A program made the translations under genes and the position numbers. Positions 48,096 through 57,791 of a DNA stretch of 64,000 bases are shown here, piece by piece (position 1 is the stretch's first letter; every line of letters starts with the position of its first letter). The stretch covers positions 17,247 through 81,246 of the IMG/VR virus record IMGVR_UViG_3300033067_000343. One strand, written 5' to 3'. Origin of the DNA: a virus (lineage: Duplodnaviria; Caudoviricetes). The notes under the pieces were generated by a model. The model made no database searches, was not told the origin of the DNA, and was given only the letters and a program-made list of their open reading frames with translations.

Positions 48096-48716
48096 ATGCT
48101 GTCACATCTTCGCGCCCCAAACTTCTCTAATCACTTTCTACGCTTCGTAGATCAAGATCCAGTACACAGTTTAACAGAGCAACGAAACCTTGAACGAAGA
48201 TGTCGTTACGATCGCAACATATTTTTCTTAATTGAAAACGAGGTGCCAGTTGCTGTGCTATGCGTTGCATTTACAAATGGCCTGCCAGATGATATTGCAG
48301 ACATATTGGACGTAGACAGCCAAATAAGTTTGCTTGCAAATCATGCAATCTTCTACAGTGTATTCCGCACAGACAAACCTTGCACTATTCAAAACGCAGG
48401 AGCAAAGTTAATCCGTGAAGCAGCACAATGGATTAAAGGAAACATGCCACAGATCACAAACTTTGTGACAATGAGTCCTATTCCAAACCTTAGTGCCCAC
48501 TTTCCGGAGCCACCTAGCATGGAAGCTATCATGGAATTCTTGCAAGCACAACGTGATCCAGTTGCCAAGTTCCATATTCGCAACGGTGCTAGAGTATTGC
48601 GTACCATCCCTAACGCAGACACAAGCGAAAAGCGTAAAGCACAGAGCTTTGGACATATGGTTAACTACGACTACACCCCAAACATCATAGGCACACAAGA
48701 TTCAATAAATAACTAA
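48096..48716 (+). CDS. malonyl-CoA decarboxylase catalytic-domain-like protein
   Basis: AIFYSV, FVTMSPIP, DPVAKFH.RNGA, AD.S....QSFG.MVNY.Y. Confidence 0.75.
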   Translation: MLSHLRAPNFSNHFLRFVDQDPVHSLTEQRNLERRCRYDRNIFFLIENEVPVAVLCVAFTNGLPDDIADILDVDSQISLLANHAIFYSVFRTDKPCTIQNAGAKLIREAAQWIKGNMPQITNFVTMSPIPNLSAHFPEPPSMEAIMEFLQAQRDPVAKFHIRNGARVLRTIPNADTSEKRKAQSFGHMVNYDYTPNIIGTQDSINN

Positions 48717-48729
48717 TACTGGTTATTTT

Positions 48730-49398
48730 ATGTTTCTTAATGAACTGTTTGAAAAAGATGTAGACGAGGGCTGGAAGGATTGGGCTGCTGGTGCCGCTAT
48801 GGGTGCAGCAGCTTTAACAACTCCACCTGCTACAGCAAAAGTAATGCCCACTCAGCCCGCTGCACAAGTGCAAAAAGCAGACCAGGGCATTAACCTACTC
48901 AGCTACAACACCGCAGCAGAAGAAACACTACACCGTGCAGCAAAAGCAGCGGGACTAAAAGGCACAGAGCTAGCACAGTTTATGGCCCAAACAAAGCACG
49001 AGAGTGCAGACTTTGCCCGCATGAAGGAAATTGGCGGTAAGACCTATTTTCACAAGCGTTATGACCCTAAAGTGGCGCCTAAGACTGCAAAAATACTGGG
49101 TAATAAACAAGTAGGCGACGGTGTTAGATATCACGGTCGCGGATTCATTCAAATCACTGGTAGAGACAACTATCGCATGGCAGGACAAGCACTAGGCTTA
49201 CCTCTGGAACAAAAGCCCGAGATGGCAGCAGATCCTAAGGTAGCTGCTAAGATTGCAGTATGGTATTGGAATACCCGTGTTAAGCCACACATCAATAACT
49301 TCGCAGATACTGCGGCAGTAACCAAATTAATTAATCCCGCTATGCGTGGACTACAAGATCGTCACAATAACTTTGTGAGTTACAAAAAGATACTATAA
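48730..49398 (+). CDS. GH19 chitinase/lysozyme-family lytic enzyme
   Basis: AQFMAQTKHES, YHGRGFIQITGRDNY, IN.A.RGL.DR. Confidence 0.88.
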   Translation: MFLNELFEKDVDEGWKDWAAGAAMGAAALTTPPATAKVMPTQPAAQVQKADQGINLLSYNTAAEETLHRAAKAAGLKGTELAQFMAQTKHESADFARMKEIGGKTYFHKRYDPKVAPKTAKILGNKQVGDGVRYHGRGFIQITGRDNYRMAGQALGLPLEQKPEMAADPKVAAKIAVWYWNTRVKPHINNFADTAAVTKLINPAMRGLQDRHNNFVSYKKIL

Positions 49399-49407
49399 GA
49401 GCACACT

Positions 49408-49782
49408 ATGAGAATTAACGAAATCATCACAGAAGCATGCTGGGACGGATACAAGCAAATTGGCATGAAGAAAAAGAACGGCAAGCAAGTTCCTAACTGT
49501 GTGCCAAAAGACGGTGTAGACGAAGACTGGCAAAAGACCAACAAGCAAGACAAGACTGATGGCATGAGCTCTAAGGCTGTTAAAGCATACCGTAGAGAAA
49601 ATCCAGGTAGCAAGTTACAAACTGCTGTAACTAAAAAGCCTAGCGAATTAAAAGCAGGCAGCAAGGATGCTAAACGCCGTAAGAGTTTCTGTGCTCGTAT
49701 GAGTGGTGTTGATGGTCCAATGAAGGACGAGAAGGGTCGCCCGACTGCAAAAGCAAAAGCATTAAAGCGTTGGAACTGCTAA
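49408..49782 (+). CDS. hypothetical basic protein
   Basis: ACWDGYKQIGMKKK.GKQVPNCVP and RRKSFCARM motifs typical of T4-like phages. Confidence 0.7.
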   Translation: MRINEIITEACWDGYKQIGMKKKNGKQVPNCVPKDGVDEDWQKTNKQDKTDGMSSKAVKAYRRENPGSKLQTAVTKKPSELKAGSKDAKRRKSFCARMSGVDGPMKDEKGRPTAKAKALKRWNC

Positions 49783-51296
49783 TGAGAGCAAAAGAGTTTT
49801 TAGACAAGCCAACTATGTCACCCGAGCAGGTGGCAGCAAAACACGGCGTTAGTGTTGAGTACGTTAACAAGCAATTAGTCGACGGCGTTAAACATGAACA
49901 TGAACACACTAGCGACACTGCCATTGCTAGAGAAATTGCTCTAGACCACTTAGGCGAAGATCCAGAGTACTACAACAAACTATCTAAGGTAGAAAAAGTA
50001 GACGAAGAAGATGACATGTTTGCTCCTTCCAAGGACCTTGCCCGTAGAATGGCTGTAATGATTGCAGCAGGCAAAGAGATTTGGGTCAAGGACAGTCGCA
50101 ATGATGTATGGAAGATTAACAAAGTTGAGCGTGATCCAAACAATGCAAATCGTTGGTTAGCACGTTGGGACTTTGGTGAGTTTGTGGTTAGCGGTGGTGA
50201 CTTTGAACTTAGACCAGAAGATGGCCACACATACTGGTTAGACCCAGTTAAACATATTAACGAAGCCAAGAGCAAGGTAATTGCCCGCACTGCTGATGCT
50301 CTTATGCCAAGAGCACCCGACGACAGACTGTCAAGTAAGAATAAAACTGTGAGAGACGTAGAGCACGGGTTAGATAGCTTGGAGTGGGAATTTAGACAAC
50401 TCACAGGAATGGATAACGAGAAACTTGAGCTAGACGAAGGTGCAACCAGCGTTCTGTATCATTACACAAGTCCAATGCCTGCATTGCGTATTATGAAGGG
50501 CGGCGAGTTTGAATTAACCAGCAGCGTAGGTAGCCCACAAGAAGCAAAGATTGCACCACCGGGTTACCCATACTTTATGAGTACAACTCGCAGCAAGGTA
50601 GGTGACTACCATGCACGAACTCCCGGCTCGCATGCTGTTATGTTTGTGCTAGATGGTAACAAACTATCTCAGCATTACAAAGTAAAGCCTGTAGACTATT
50701 GGGAAGGCATGTGGCAACGTGATAACTCCAATGAGCGTACACGCGAAGCCGAAGACCGCGTATACAGCAAGACCCCAACGATTCCAACAGAAGGTGTTAT
50801 AAAAGAGATCCACCAGCTGGTTAGTGATCAAGATGATTTCCGTAGCCCTGTAATTCGTCAGATGGCTATCATTGCCAAGACACAGGGCATACCAATTTAC
50901 TTCTACGCAGACAAGCAAGGGTGGCTACTACAAGCACCTAATCGTAGATTCAACGTATCGCAATTGCCAAGTCGCTTTAAAGGTCAGCCAAAGAAGAGTA
51001 TGGCATACCGCAGCAGACGCATTACTCCATTAGAGCAATGGGTGGAGTTACTATACAAAAAGAACAAGAGTGAATTAAGCCAAGAGGCTAGTCATTTAAG
51101 ACACAATCTTGTATACTATGGATCACGCTATCCTGAAGAGGATAACAACTTGAGAATTGATCTAGCAAACGCACGTAAGCCTAACGACCCAGAGCGTGGG
51201 CTTGCTGATAGGATCATTCAGTTCTTACGTAAAAACAATATGTCTACTGTGGACCTAAAGAACGCCATGGTTGCAAAATGGGAGAAAGCTCCATAA
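49782..51296 (+). CDS. multi-domain hypothetical protein (DUF5661-like N-terminus)
   Basis: EHEHT....AREIALDHL.EDP.YY.KL; LYHYT motif. Confidence 0.6.
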   Translation: MRAKEFLDKPTMSPEQVAAKHGVSVEYVNKQLVDGVKHEHEHTSDTAIAREIALDHLGEDPEYYNKLSKVEKVDEEDDMFAPSKDLARRMAVMIAAGKEIWVKDSRNDVWKINKVERDPNNANRWLARWDFGEFVVSGGDFELRPEDGHTYWLDPVKHINEAKSKVIARTADALMPRAPDDRLSSKNKTVRDVEHGLDSLEWEFRQLTGMDNEKLELDEGATSVLYHYTSPMPALRIMKGGEFELTSSVGSPQEAKIAPPGYPYFMSTTRSKVGDYHARTPGSHAVMFVLDGNKLSQHYKVKPVDYWEGMWQRDNSNERTREAEDRVYSKTPTIPTEGVIKEIHQLVSDQDDFRSPVIRQMAIIAKTQGIPIYFYADKQGWLLQAPNRRFNVSQLPSRFKGQPKKSMAYRSRRITPLEQWVELLYKKNKSELSQEASHLRHNLVYYGSRYPEEDNNLRIDLANARKPNDPERGLADRIIQFLRKNNMSTVDLKNAMVAKWEKAP

Positions 51297-51328
51297 ATAG
51301 TTGACAAACTCAACTAAGGAGATTTTCA

Positions 51329-52138
51329 ATGAAGAAGTTTTTAACAGCAGTAGCCTTCCTGGCTACTGTATTCACTGCTAATGCGTGGGACCAACGGGCA
51401 CCATTGCCAGTGGAAGCATGCCAAACGCATAGCCCGTACGGCTTTGCCGCAACACAACGACAAGCACAACCCATCTGCCGAGAAGGCTACTTAGTTGCAT
51501 ACGATGCACCTGTAAAGATTCCTGTCTACGTTGCTTATACCCTGTATCCACAAAATGCACTAGGTTGCTTTCCACGCACCAACGCCTTTGTTGCAGATGC
51601 CAGCTTAGGTGGCACAGGTGCTCGTCCAGATGATTATGCTGGCACAGGTTACGACAAAGGACACGCTGCCCCAGACGGCGACTTGTCGTATACACAGCAA
51701 GTGGAGTACGAAAGTTTTTTAATGACAAACATGTATCCACAGCATGGCAGTCTAAACCGTGGAATTTGGAAGTTACTGGAAACTTCAGTGCGTGGGTGGG
51801 CCGTACAGACGAACCAAAGCTATACAATATACGTTGGAGCTATATATGGCGCTGGTGACGAATCGTTTAACGGAATCATTGTCCCACATGCCTATTACAA
51901 AATTGTAATCAACAATGCAACTGGAGAAGTTGCAGGGTGGAGATTCCCGCACACAAAGCCTTATGTTAACCTTGGCAATGACTTAACCAAGTTCCGTGCA
52001 ATGATATCCGCTATCCAAAGCGAAGCTGGTGTGCAGTTTGCTTACCCGCCTAATGCCAGAGAAATTACCCCAGGCACAGAATGGCGAGTCGACTTTGGTG
52101 CATTAACCAATGCAAAACGTGCCAAGTGTAAAGGTTAA
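51329..52138 (+). CDS. secreted DNA/RNA non-specific endonuclease (NucA-like)
   Basis: signal peptide; GYDKGHAAP, TNMYPQ..LNRG.W..LE, VPHAYYK. Confidence 0.9.
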   Translation: MKKFLTAVAFLATVFTANAWDQRAPLPVEACQTHSPYGFAATQRQAQPICREGYLVAYDAPVKIPVYVAYTLYPQNALGCFPRTNAFVADASLGGTGARPDDYAGTGYDKGHAAPDGDLSYTQQVEYESFLMTNMYPQHGSLNRGIWKLLETSVRGWAVQTNQSYTIYVGAIYGAGDESFNGIIVPHAYYKIVINNATGEVAGWRFPHTKPYVNLGNDLTKFRAMISAIQSEAGVQFAYPPNAREITPGTEWRVDFGALTNAKRAKCKG

Positions 52139-52151
52139 TACTTAATACTAC

Positions 52152-52175
52152 AACCCGCTTCGGCGGGTTTCTCTT
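52152..52175 (+). terminator. intrinsic terminator
   Basis: AACCCGC-TTCG-GCGGGTT plus TCTCTT. Confidence 0.8.
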
Positions 52176-52202
52176 GACCGTAAATTCATAATCCCATACA
52201 AT
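52174..52202 (+). promoter_or_regulatory. sigma70 promoter
   Basis: TTGACC-17-TACAAT, 5 nt before ATG 52208. Confidence 0.6.
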
Positions 52203-52207
52203 ATGGT

Positions 52208-52498
52208 ATGAAAATTGTGAAAACACAAAAAAACTGGAAACTGCACAAGCGTGGCTACAAGGTAGCTTTTCGTTTCCAGCGGCATATCCTGCCACAATCA
52301 TTTACTCAAATTGTCGGTTGGCTCGAAGCAAACCGCGGACCGAAAGCAATTTGGAGTTGGGACGATGACAAGCAATGGACGTGCGAAGCTGGCAGATCGA
52401 AGCGTTGGCAAGAAGCACACCCTTACTTCATTGGACTCAAAAATGAAGCAGACGTAACAGCAATCCTTTTATCACTAAACTTGCATGTCGAACAGTAG
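52208..52498 (+). CDS. hypothetical protein (paralog of next gene)
   Basis: KLH..G.KVA.RF ... PYFIG...EAD shared with 52485-52787. Confidence 0.65.
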   Translation: MKIVKTQKNWKLHKRGYKVAFRFQRHILPQSFTQIVGWLEANRGPKAIWSWDDDKQWTCEAGRSKRWQEAHPYFIGLKNEADVTAILLSLNLHVEQ

Positions 52499-52787
52499 AC
52501 CAAAAATTATAAACGTAACACGTAGAATGAAGCTGCACGAACACGGCTTTAAAGTTGCATTACGGTTTGACAACTATTCAAACGAGCTCAGTCATTTTGA
52601 GCAAAAACTCAGAGACCGGTTTGGCGGAGAATCGTGGTACGCAGGATCAAATGGATATTGGAAAAGTCATTGGGGGAAAGCTACATACACCTCAATTCCC
52701 GACGGCTATTCACGAGAGTACAATCGTCCTTACTTTATTGGCTTCCGCCATGAAGCGGACATTTCAGTGGCACTGTTATTACTATGA
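52485..52787 (+). CDS. hypothetical protein (paralog of previous gene)
   Basis: tandem paralogy visible in translation. Confidence 0.65.
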   Translation: MSNSRPKIINVTRRMKLHEHGFKVALRFDNYSNELSHFEQKLRDRFGGESWYAGSNGYWKSHWGKATYTSIPDGYSREYNRPYFIGFRHEADISVALLLL

Positions 52788-53044
52788 GAAATTGGAAAGT
52801 AGCACATTCGTCAGTGACTGAGTATGACAGGAAAGTTATTACCCGTTACTTTGTCACAGACGCAGACACAAATGACGAACTCGAGACTCGGGCAATTGCA
52901 GCGGAGTTTCCTGTTAGTCAAAAGTTTGATCAAGAGCTGCAAGAAACACGGGCCAGCGCCTATGCAGACTACATGAACAAGCTCGAAGAAGCTGCAAAAC
53001 AAGCGTATGCCAACAACCAATTAATTGATATTTTAAAAGCATGA
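52784..53044 (+). CDS. hypothetical protein
   Basis: ATGA overlap. Confidence 0.6.
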   Translation: MRNWKVAHSSVTEYDRKVITRYFVTDADTNDELETRAIAAEFPVSQKFDQELQETRASAYADYMNKLEEAAKQAYANNQLIDILKA

Positions 53045-53274
53045 GAGATTTAAACTGGTACCTTAAGTGGATCGCCACTGCTATTCTTATTGTAGGCACA
53101 GCAGTTAATAGCCTCGGATACTACCCCGAAGGGCCAATTATCCTTGCTGTTGGTGGCATTTTGTGGCTAATTGTTAGCATTAGATGGCGCGAACCTAGCC
53201 TAATTGTAGTGAATAGTGTTATGACCGCCACCGGCATTGCAGGTTTAGTTGCAAAATATTTTAATTTGTTGTAA
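53041..53274 (+). CDS. small membrane protein
   Basis: three hydrophobic segments. Confidence 0.65.
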   Translation: MRDLNWYLKWIATAILIVGTAVNSLGYYPEGPIILAVGGILWLIVSIRWREPSLIVVNSVMTATGIAGLVAKYFNLL

Positions 53275-53340
53275 AAATACAACACTATTTTGGTTGAATT
53301 TAACTCATTTTCGTGTATACTAAAGACTTGTTAAACAAAC
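53265..53340 (+). promoter_or_regulatory. early promoter with 22-bp palindromic element
   Basis: TTTGTTGTAAAAATACAACACT; TTGAAT-16-TATACT; TTGTTAAACAAA downstream. Confidence 0.7.
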
Positions 53341-53356
53341 TCAATGGAGTAACACA

Positions 53357-53686
53357 ATGCAAGCTGAACATTTAGAAGTTAAACGTGCCCCCAGCAAGTT
53401 GGGTGCAATTTTGGATATTAAGCGCCGTGCCGAAGCAGGCTGGAAAACTTACACCAAGACCCAGCGTAACGATGCTGCCGCTGTTCGCAAAGAATTGCAG
53501 GATGTGTACGGTGCAAAAGTGTACGAACCTAATCCACGTGACAGCTTCATCGCTATCAAAATTGCAGGCGAACGTCCTCGCGTTAAAACTCGTGCAGGGT
53601 TGGACCAACTCGAAACTCGTTTAACAGCCAAAGGTGTTACTAAGGTAACAACCAATCAAGGCATCATCTACCGTTTACCACGCTAA
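53357..53686 (+). CDS. hypothetical early protein
   Basis: SD GGAG. Confidence 0.65.
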   Translation: MQAEHLEVKRAPSKLGAILDIKRRAEAGWKTYTKTQRNDAAAVRKELQDVYGAKVYEPNPRDSFIAIKIAGERPRVKTRAGLDQLETRLTAKGVTKVTTNQGIIYRLPR

Positions 53687-53687
53687 T

Positions 53688-53816
53688 ATGTCAAAACGTT
53701 TTTTCTACGTCTACGAAGACCCAGACTACATTGACGAGCTCGAAGCTGAAGAAGAATTAGCAGAGCTCGCTGAAATGGAACAATTTTATCAACAACAAGA
53801 GGAACAACATGCGTAA
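53688..53816 (+). CDS. small acidic protein (42 aa, not in track)
   Basis: MSKRFFYVYEDPDYIDELEAEEELAELAEMEQFYQQQEEQHA. Confidence 0.5.
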   Translation: MSKRFFYVYEDPDYIDELEAEEELAELAEMEQFYQQQEEQHA

Positions 53817-53937
53817 TCTGCTTGTGGGCTTTGTGCTCGGAATCATTGTTGCCACTGTTGGCTTTGGCGGCATTGCACGTATTATGGACAACGGTGTGAA
53901 TGCAGTTAAGTCGCATAGCAAAGAACTCGCCCAGTAA
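53809..53937 (+). CDS. small membrane protein (42 aa, not in track)
   Basis: SD GAGG; MRNLLVGFVLGIIVATVGFGGIARIMDNG. Confidence 0.6.
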   Translation: MRNLLVGFVLGIIVATVGFGGIARIMDNGVNAVKSHSKELAQ

Positions 53938-53963
53938 ATGGGCAAACCCTGTTCGTATTACGG

Positions 53964-53992
53964 TTGACATAATACCGTTTGTCAACTATAAT
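53964..53992 (+). promoter_or_regulatory. consensus sigma70 promoter
   Basis: TTGACA-17-TATAAT; GTTGACA/TGTCAAC inverted repeat overlaps it. Confidence 0.8.
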
Positions 53993-54047
53993 TCGAATAT
54001 GTCCAGTGTGTGGACATTTCAACAATCCTTAATGGAGTATTTCGAAA

Positions 54048-54377
54048 ATGACTAAACTTTTTAAAGTTGGTGGTGTTAGTAAAAGCAAAGGTGGTTACAA
54101 GGTTCGTTTCGCAACTGACATGACCCGCGTCAAGATTCTCGCGAAGACTGATAGCGACATTCAGCTAGTTGAGCTGCCTTCTGAGATGGACAAGCCTGCA
54201 TTGGTTACCTACCTCAAAACAACTGAATTGTATGCAAACCCTACATACAAAGAAGCAATTGACAATGCTGATGCAAAATACAATGCAGTGGCAACAGTCA
54301 AGGTCAAGAAGGACAAAGCTGCACCTAGCATGGAAGCTATCAAAGCCCGTGTTGAAGCAGCAAAAGACGCAGCGTAA
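54048..54377 (+). CDS. hypothetical basic protein
   Basis: SD GGAG; followed by terminator. Confidence 0.7.
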   Translation: MTKLFKVGGVSKSKGGYKVRFATDMTRVKILAKTDSDIQLVELPSEMDKPALVTYLKTTELYANPTYKEAIDNADAKYNAVATVKVKKDKAAPSMEAIKARVEAAKDAA

Positions 54378-54397
54378 TAATCACTCGACTGTGTTTG

Positions 54398-54429
54398 AAA
54401 AAGGCAATCTTAGTGTTGCCTTTTTCTTT
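54398..54429 (+). terminator. intrinsic terminator
   Basis: AAAAAGGCAA/TTGCCTTTTT stem. Confidence 0.75.
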
Positions 54430-54462
54430 GGCTAAATATTTTTATAGTTTATAGGAAAAATT

Positions 54463-54870
54463 ATGACTATCAAAGTTACCCGTGTAGATACTTGGCCAGT
54501 TCAATCCGACGAATTGCACCCTTATCTCAAAGAAAAAAACAAAGAAATTTACGACACTCAGGAACAACTATTCCACAAATATCGTGATCAAGCAAGAGAT
54601 GTTGAAAAAAGCAAAATTATAAAGGATGGCATGGTTGTCCTAACAATTACAAGCTATTTCGAAACCGACGACAAACTTCAGCAATATCTCAGCGAACGTG
54701 CTGCGGTAATGCCTGCATTGTTTGGGCAGCTTGATGACACTGAAAAACCACACCATTTGAATATTTCCAGAGTTATCACAGTTACTGATCTTACAGCCAA
54801 CAAAGTCCTGCGAGTGCTAACGTATTCGTATGATAACTGGAACAATCCTGTACTAACAGTTCCAGAATAA
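54463..54870 (+). CDS. hypothetical protein
   Basis: TAAATA and SD AGGA upstream. Confidence 0.6.
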   Translation: MTIKVTRVDTWPVQSDELHPYLKEKNKEIYDTQEQLFHKYRDQARDVEKSKIIKDGMVVLTITSYFETDDKLQQYLSERAAVMPALFGQLDDTEKPHHLNISRVITVTDLTANKVLRVLTYSYDNWNNPVLTVPE

Positions 54871-55389
54871 TTATTTTCTGTATTTGGTCCGATTATCTGC
54901 TAGGGTACCCGGAAGTTCCAGGGTTAACGCATATCGAATAGAATCTGACGTATTGTTTGCTCCATGCGTTATGTCAACCCTAGAGATAATAGGACCACGA
55001 TACACATGCGTGTGAACTGGAATTCCGCACACAGAGTAAACTATTTCCCCTTTGTTTTTGCCTAACGGCATAAGAATAGCAGTTTTTCTATTCTTGTCTA
55101 TGTGCGGAAGCATATTGTAGTTAGGCGTTAGTTTAGTCACATAACTGTTTTCGACTACCACGTCAGGATACTGTTTCGATATTTCTTCTACAATAGATGG
55201 GAATTTTTTTAGTTTAGCAGTAAAGAATCCTGCTCCTTGTTTATCTTTAACAAACTGTATGGATCCATTGCTGCTCATTACAGCAGTAACCCACACTACA
55301 TTCTTGCTGTTTTTAATAGTGTCAAGGAACGATAATTCACGTTCCGTCCCAACACCTTCGATTTCCTTGAGAATAAATTTACTAAACAT
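54871..55389 (-). CDS. 2OG-Fe(II)/cupin oxygenase-like protein
   Basis: LPHID (HXD), THGANN, RYALT. Confidence 0.6.
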   Translation of the reverse strand: MFSKFILKEIEGVGTERELSFLDTIKNSKNVVWVTAVMSSNGSIQFVKDKQGAGFFTAKLKKFPSIVEEISKQYPDVVVENSYVTKLTPNYNMLPHIDKNRKTAILMPLGKNKGEIVYSVCGIPVHTHVYRGPIISRVDITHGANNTSDSIRYALTLELPGTLADNRTKYRK

Positions 55390-55431
55390 AAATTATATAT
55401 CCCTGCACAAATAAGGTAACTAAATATTGTC

Positions 55432-56037
55432 ATGAATACCGCTCGACTAATTACATCGTCAGAACTTGACTACGTTCGCGATTTATTTTCCATAGACAAC
55501 ACACTCATTGGCGAGGCCATTGACCCTGCATTTTTTGAAACAATGATGGTTAACTGGAAAAATCTATTAGACAAAGATCTAATGATGATAACCGTGTTGT
55601 TTAACGAACAAAACGAAGCCATTGCTATGTACACCGCAACCCTTTATCCAAACATGCGAGGGTGGTGGGTTGGTGCAACTAAAATCAAAGAATCAAACAA
55701 CCACTTTAATACTAGTGCAAAAATTATGTTGCCTGCCCTTGATTTGCTTCTAACAGAATTAGAATCAAGAGGGTACTATAAGTTTTGGATGGGTGCTCCT
55801 GAAAAACACCACAACATCAGAAACTCTGTAATGACAAAGTACAGCGAGAAGCTGAGTCGTTACGACTGGTACGACGAATATATTATTCCCCAAGGTCAGC
55901 GATGCGACATTGCGATATGGGAACAAAACCGAAGAACTTGCAATTGGTCAGACATTCTTGTTAGAATGTTTGTATTAAGACAAGAGTTTAGAAAACCACT
56001 AATTGCACAAGAAAGACTAACTAAATCCAATGTTTAA
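55432..56037 (+). CDS. hypothetical protein, possible acyltransferase (GNAT-like) fold
   Basis: weak fold pattern only; precedes desaturase. Confidence 0.4.
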   Translation: MNTARLITSSELDYVRDLFSIDNTLIGEAIDPAFFETMMVNWKNLLDKDLMMITVLFNEQNEAIAMYTATLYPNMRGWWVGATKIKESNNHFNTSAKIMLPALDLLLTELESRGYYKFWMGAPEKHHNIRNSVMTKYSEKLSRYDWYDEYIIPQGQRCDIAIWEQNRRTCNWSDILVRMFVLRQEFRKPLIAQERLTKSNV

Positions 56038-56818
56038 ATTTTATAAAAACTTAGGAGAAAATTTCAGGAAGGTATATATACCTCAACATATACTGGCAGC
56101 AGTGGGTATAGCAACACTGTTCACTGGTCACACTTCTTTATGGTGGCTAGCGTTAGTTTATCCTGCATGGTTTCTATTTGGTCATATTGGTTTTGCAATC
56201 TTTATTCACAAATACTACTGCCATAAAATGTTTGTCACTTATCCGTGGATCGCACGTCTAGGTGGATACCTGGGCATGTTAGCAGGTACTGGCAGTCCAG
56301 TAATGTTAAAAGTATTACACATAGGGTACCATCACCCAAATAGTGATACAGAATTAGATCCGCACACTCCAAGAAAAGGATTTTGGTGGAGCTACTTCTT
56401 GTGGCTCAATCATAAATGGGACTTTAAGAAACTTTGGCTAGCCAAGGACATTCTCAAAGATCCGTGGATGAAATTTTATCATCGCAATTACTACAAACTC
56501 TATTGGGGCACCTTTTTGCTGCTTTGTATCGTTGACTGGAGACTGGCCGTTTTTAGTATCAGCACTGCAACTGTTATTGAGTTTCATTTAAGTGGTATTG
56601 TTAATACCTTTGGACATACTCCACATAAATGGAGCTATCAAAATTACCCTGATGTCGACGACAGTCAAAATATTCCATGGCTAAACTGGCTTACACTAGG
56701 GCTCGGTTTACATAATAATCACCACGGACGTCCGTCCGATTACAACTATGCACACAAACCCGGCGAAATAGACTTTGCCAAATGGTTCGTGCCTTTAATT
56801 ACTAAAAAACATGAATGA
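56030..56818 (+). CDS. membrane fatty-acid desaturase (delta-9-like)
   Basis: His boxes HKYYCH, HIGYHH..D..DPHTP, LHNNHH; TM segments. Confidence 0.9.
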   Translation: MFKFYKNLGENFRKVYIPQHILAAVGIATLFTGHTSLWWLALVYPAWFLFGHIGFAIFIHKYYCHKMFVTYPWIARLGGYLGMLAGTGSPVMLKVLHIGYHHPNSDTELDPHTPRKGFWWSYFLWLNHKWDFKKLWLAKDILKDPWMKFYHRNYYKLYWGTFLLLCIVDWRLAVFSISTATVIEFHLSGIVNTFGHTPHKWSYQNYPDVDDSQNIPWLNWLTLGLGLHNNHHGRPSDYNYAHKPGEIDFAKWFVPLITKKHE

Positions 56819-57059
56819 TATCGAATTAAGAATTAAAAACATTGTTAGCCGCCAACTAGATGTGCCAGTCGCATCTATACAGAATCACCATTCATTTATT
56901 AAAGACTTAGGCGGCGATAGCCTAGACACTGTAGAGATGGTGCTTTGGCTAGAAGATGAATTTAAGATTTTAGTTGACGAAGAAGCAGCCGAAGAAATGA
57001 ATACTGTTCAAAAAGCAATCGACTACGTTACTAACTTGAAATCAGCTGAACAGTTATAA
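56811..57059 (+). CDS. acpP: acyl carrier protein
   Basis: DLGGDSLDTVEMV..LEDEF phosphopantetheine motif. Confidence 0.92.
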   Translation: MNDIELRIKNIVSRQLDVPVASIQNHHSFIKDLGGDSLDTVEMVLWLEDEFKILVDEEAAEEMNTVQKAIDYVTNLKSAEQL

Positions 57060-57791
57060 CAATAGCTGTTCCGCAAGCACTTTTGGATCACCGAGTACCG
57101 TTGATAAATTTACATTTATTGTAAGTCTATCTTCTGGTCCTTGGTTCCACACTGCGTGATACTTGCCAGTGTCTATAAAATACCAACTACCATCTGCGGG
57201 TATTTGGAATCTTTCTCCCCCAACTTCGTACCACGAATTTTCGCCGCCCTTGATTGTGGCATGCAAACGTATTCCTTTATAGTAAGGAAAGTCAACATGG
57301 CTTCCTAAGTAGCCCTTAGATCTTAAATCAAGCAAACTTGCTTTGCTGATATTGTGCTTGAATTTGCTAAAGACTTGCTTAAAGTATTCATTGTAAATGA
57401 CTGTGGGATTTACAAAATCATTTTCAATCAAGCACGGCAACGTTTCGTTTAGATGCAAGTCATCTGGGTACACTTCTCCGAATCGCTCATCCCGGCGAGT
57501 AAAATGATCCAGCAATGGGTTACTGGCTTCGGTACGTGCAAAGAATCCTAATCCTTTGTAACGTGTGTATTTTTTCTCTTCTTTATTTCTATTGATAGAT
57601 TGCAGATCGTGCTCTGCCAAGATTGCATCAATTTGTGCAGTCATTTCTTTTAAATCAAATGAATAATGCTCCGGCAACTTAAACACATTGTACGAGAGTG
57701 CAGGCTGTTCTGTGTACCACTCGTCTAGTGGTTTAGAGTGCTTTACTGTATCAATGGTGTCGCCCCACGGGGCATTAATAGATATTTTCAT
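57054..57791 (-). CDS. Asp/Asn beta-hydroxylase-like oxygenase
   Basis: GSHVD, RLHATI, F.IPADG.WYFIDTGKYHAVWN.G..DR. Confidence 0.75.
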   Translation of the reverse strand: MKISINAPWGDTIDTVKHSKPLDEWYTEQPALSYNVFKLPEHYSFDLKEMTAQIDAILAEHDLQSINRNKEEKKYTRYKGLGFFARTEASNPLLDHFTRRDERFGEVYPDDLHLNETLPCLIENDFVNPTVIYNEYFKQVFSKFKHNISKASLLDLRSKGYLGSHVDFPYYKGIRLHATIKGGENSWYEVGGERFQIPADGSWYFIDTGKYHAVWNQGPEDRLTINVNLSTVLGDPKVLAEQLLL

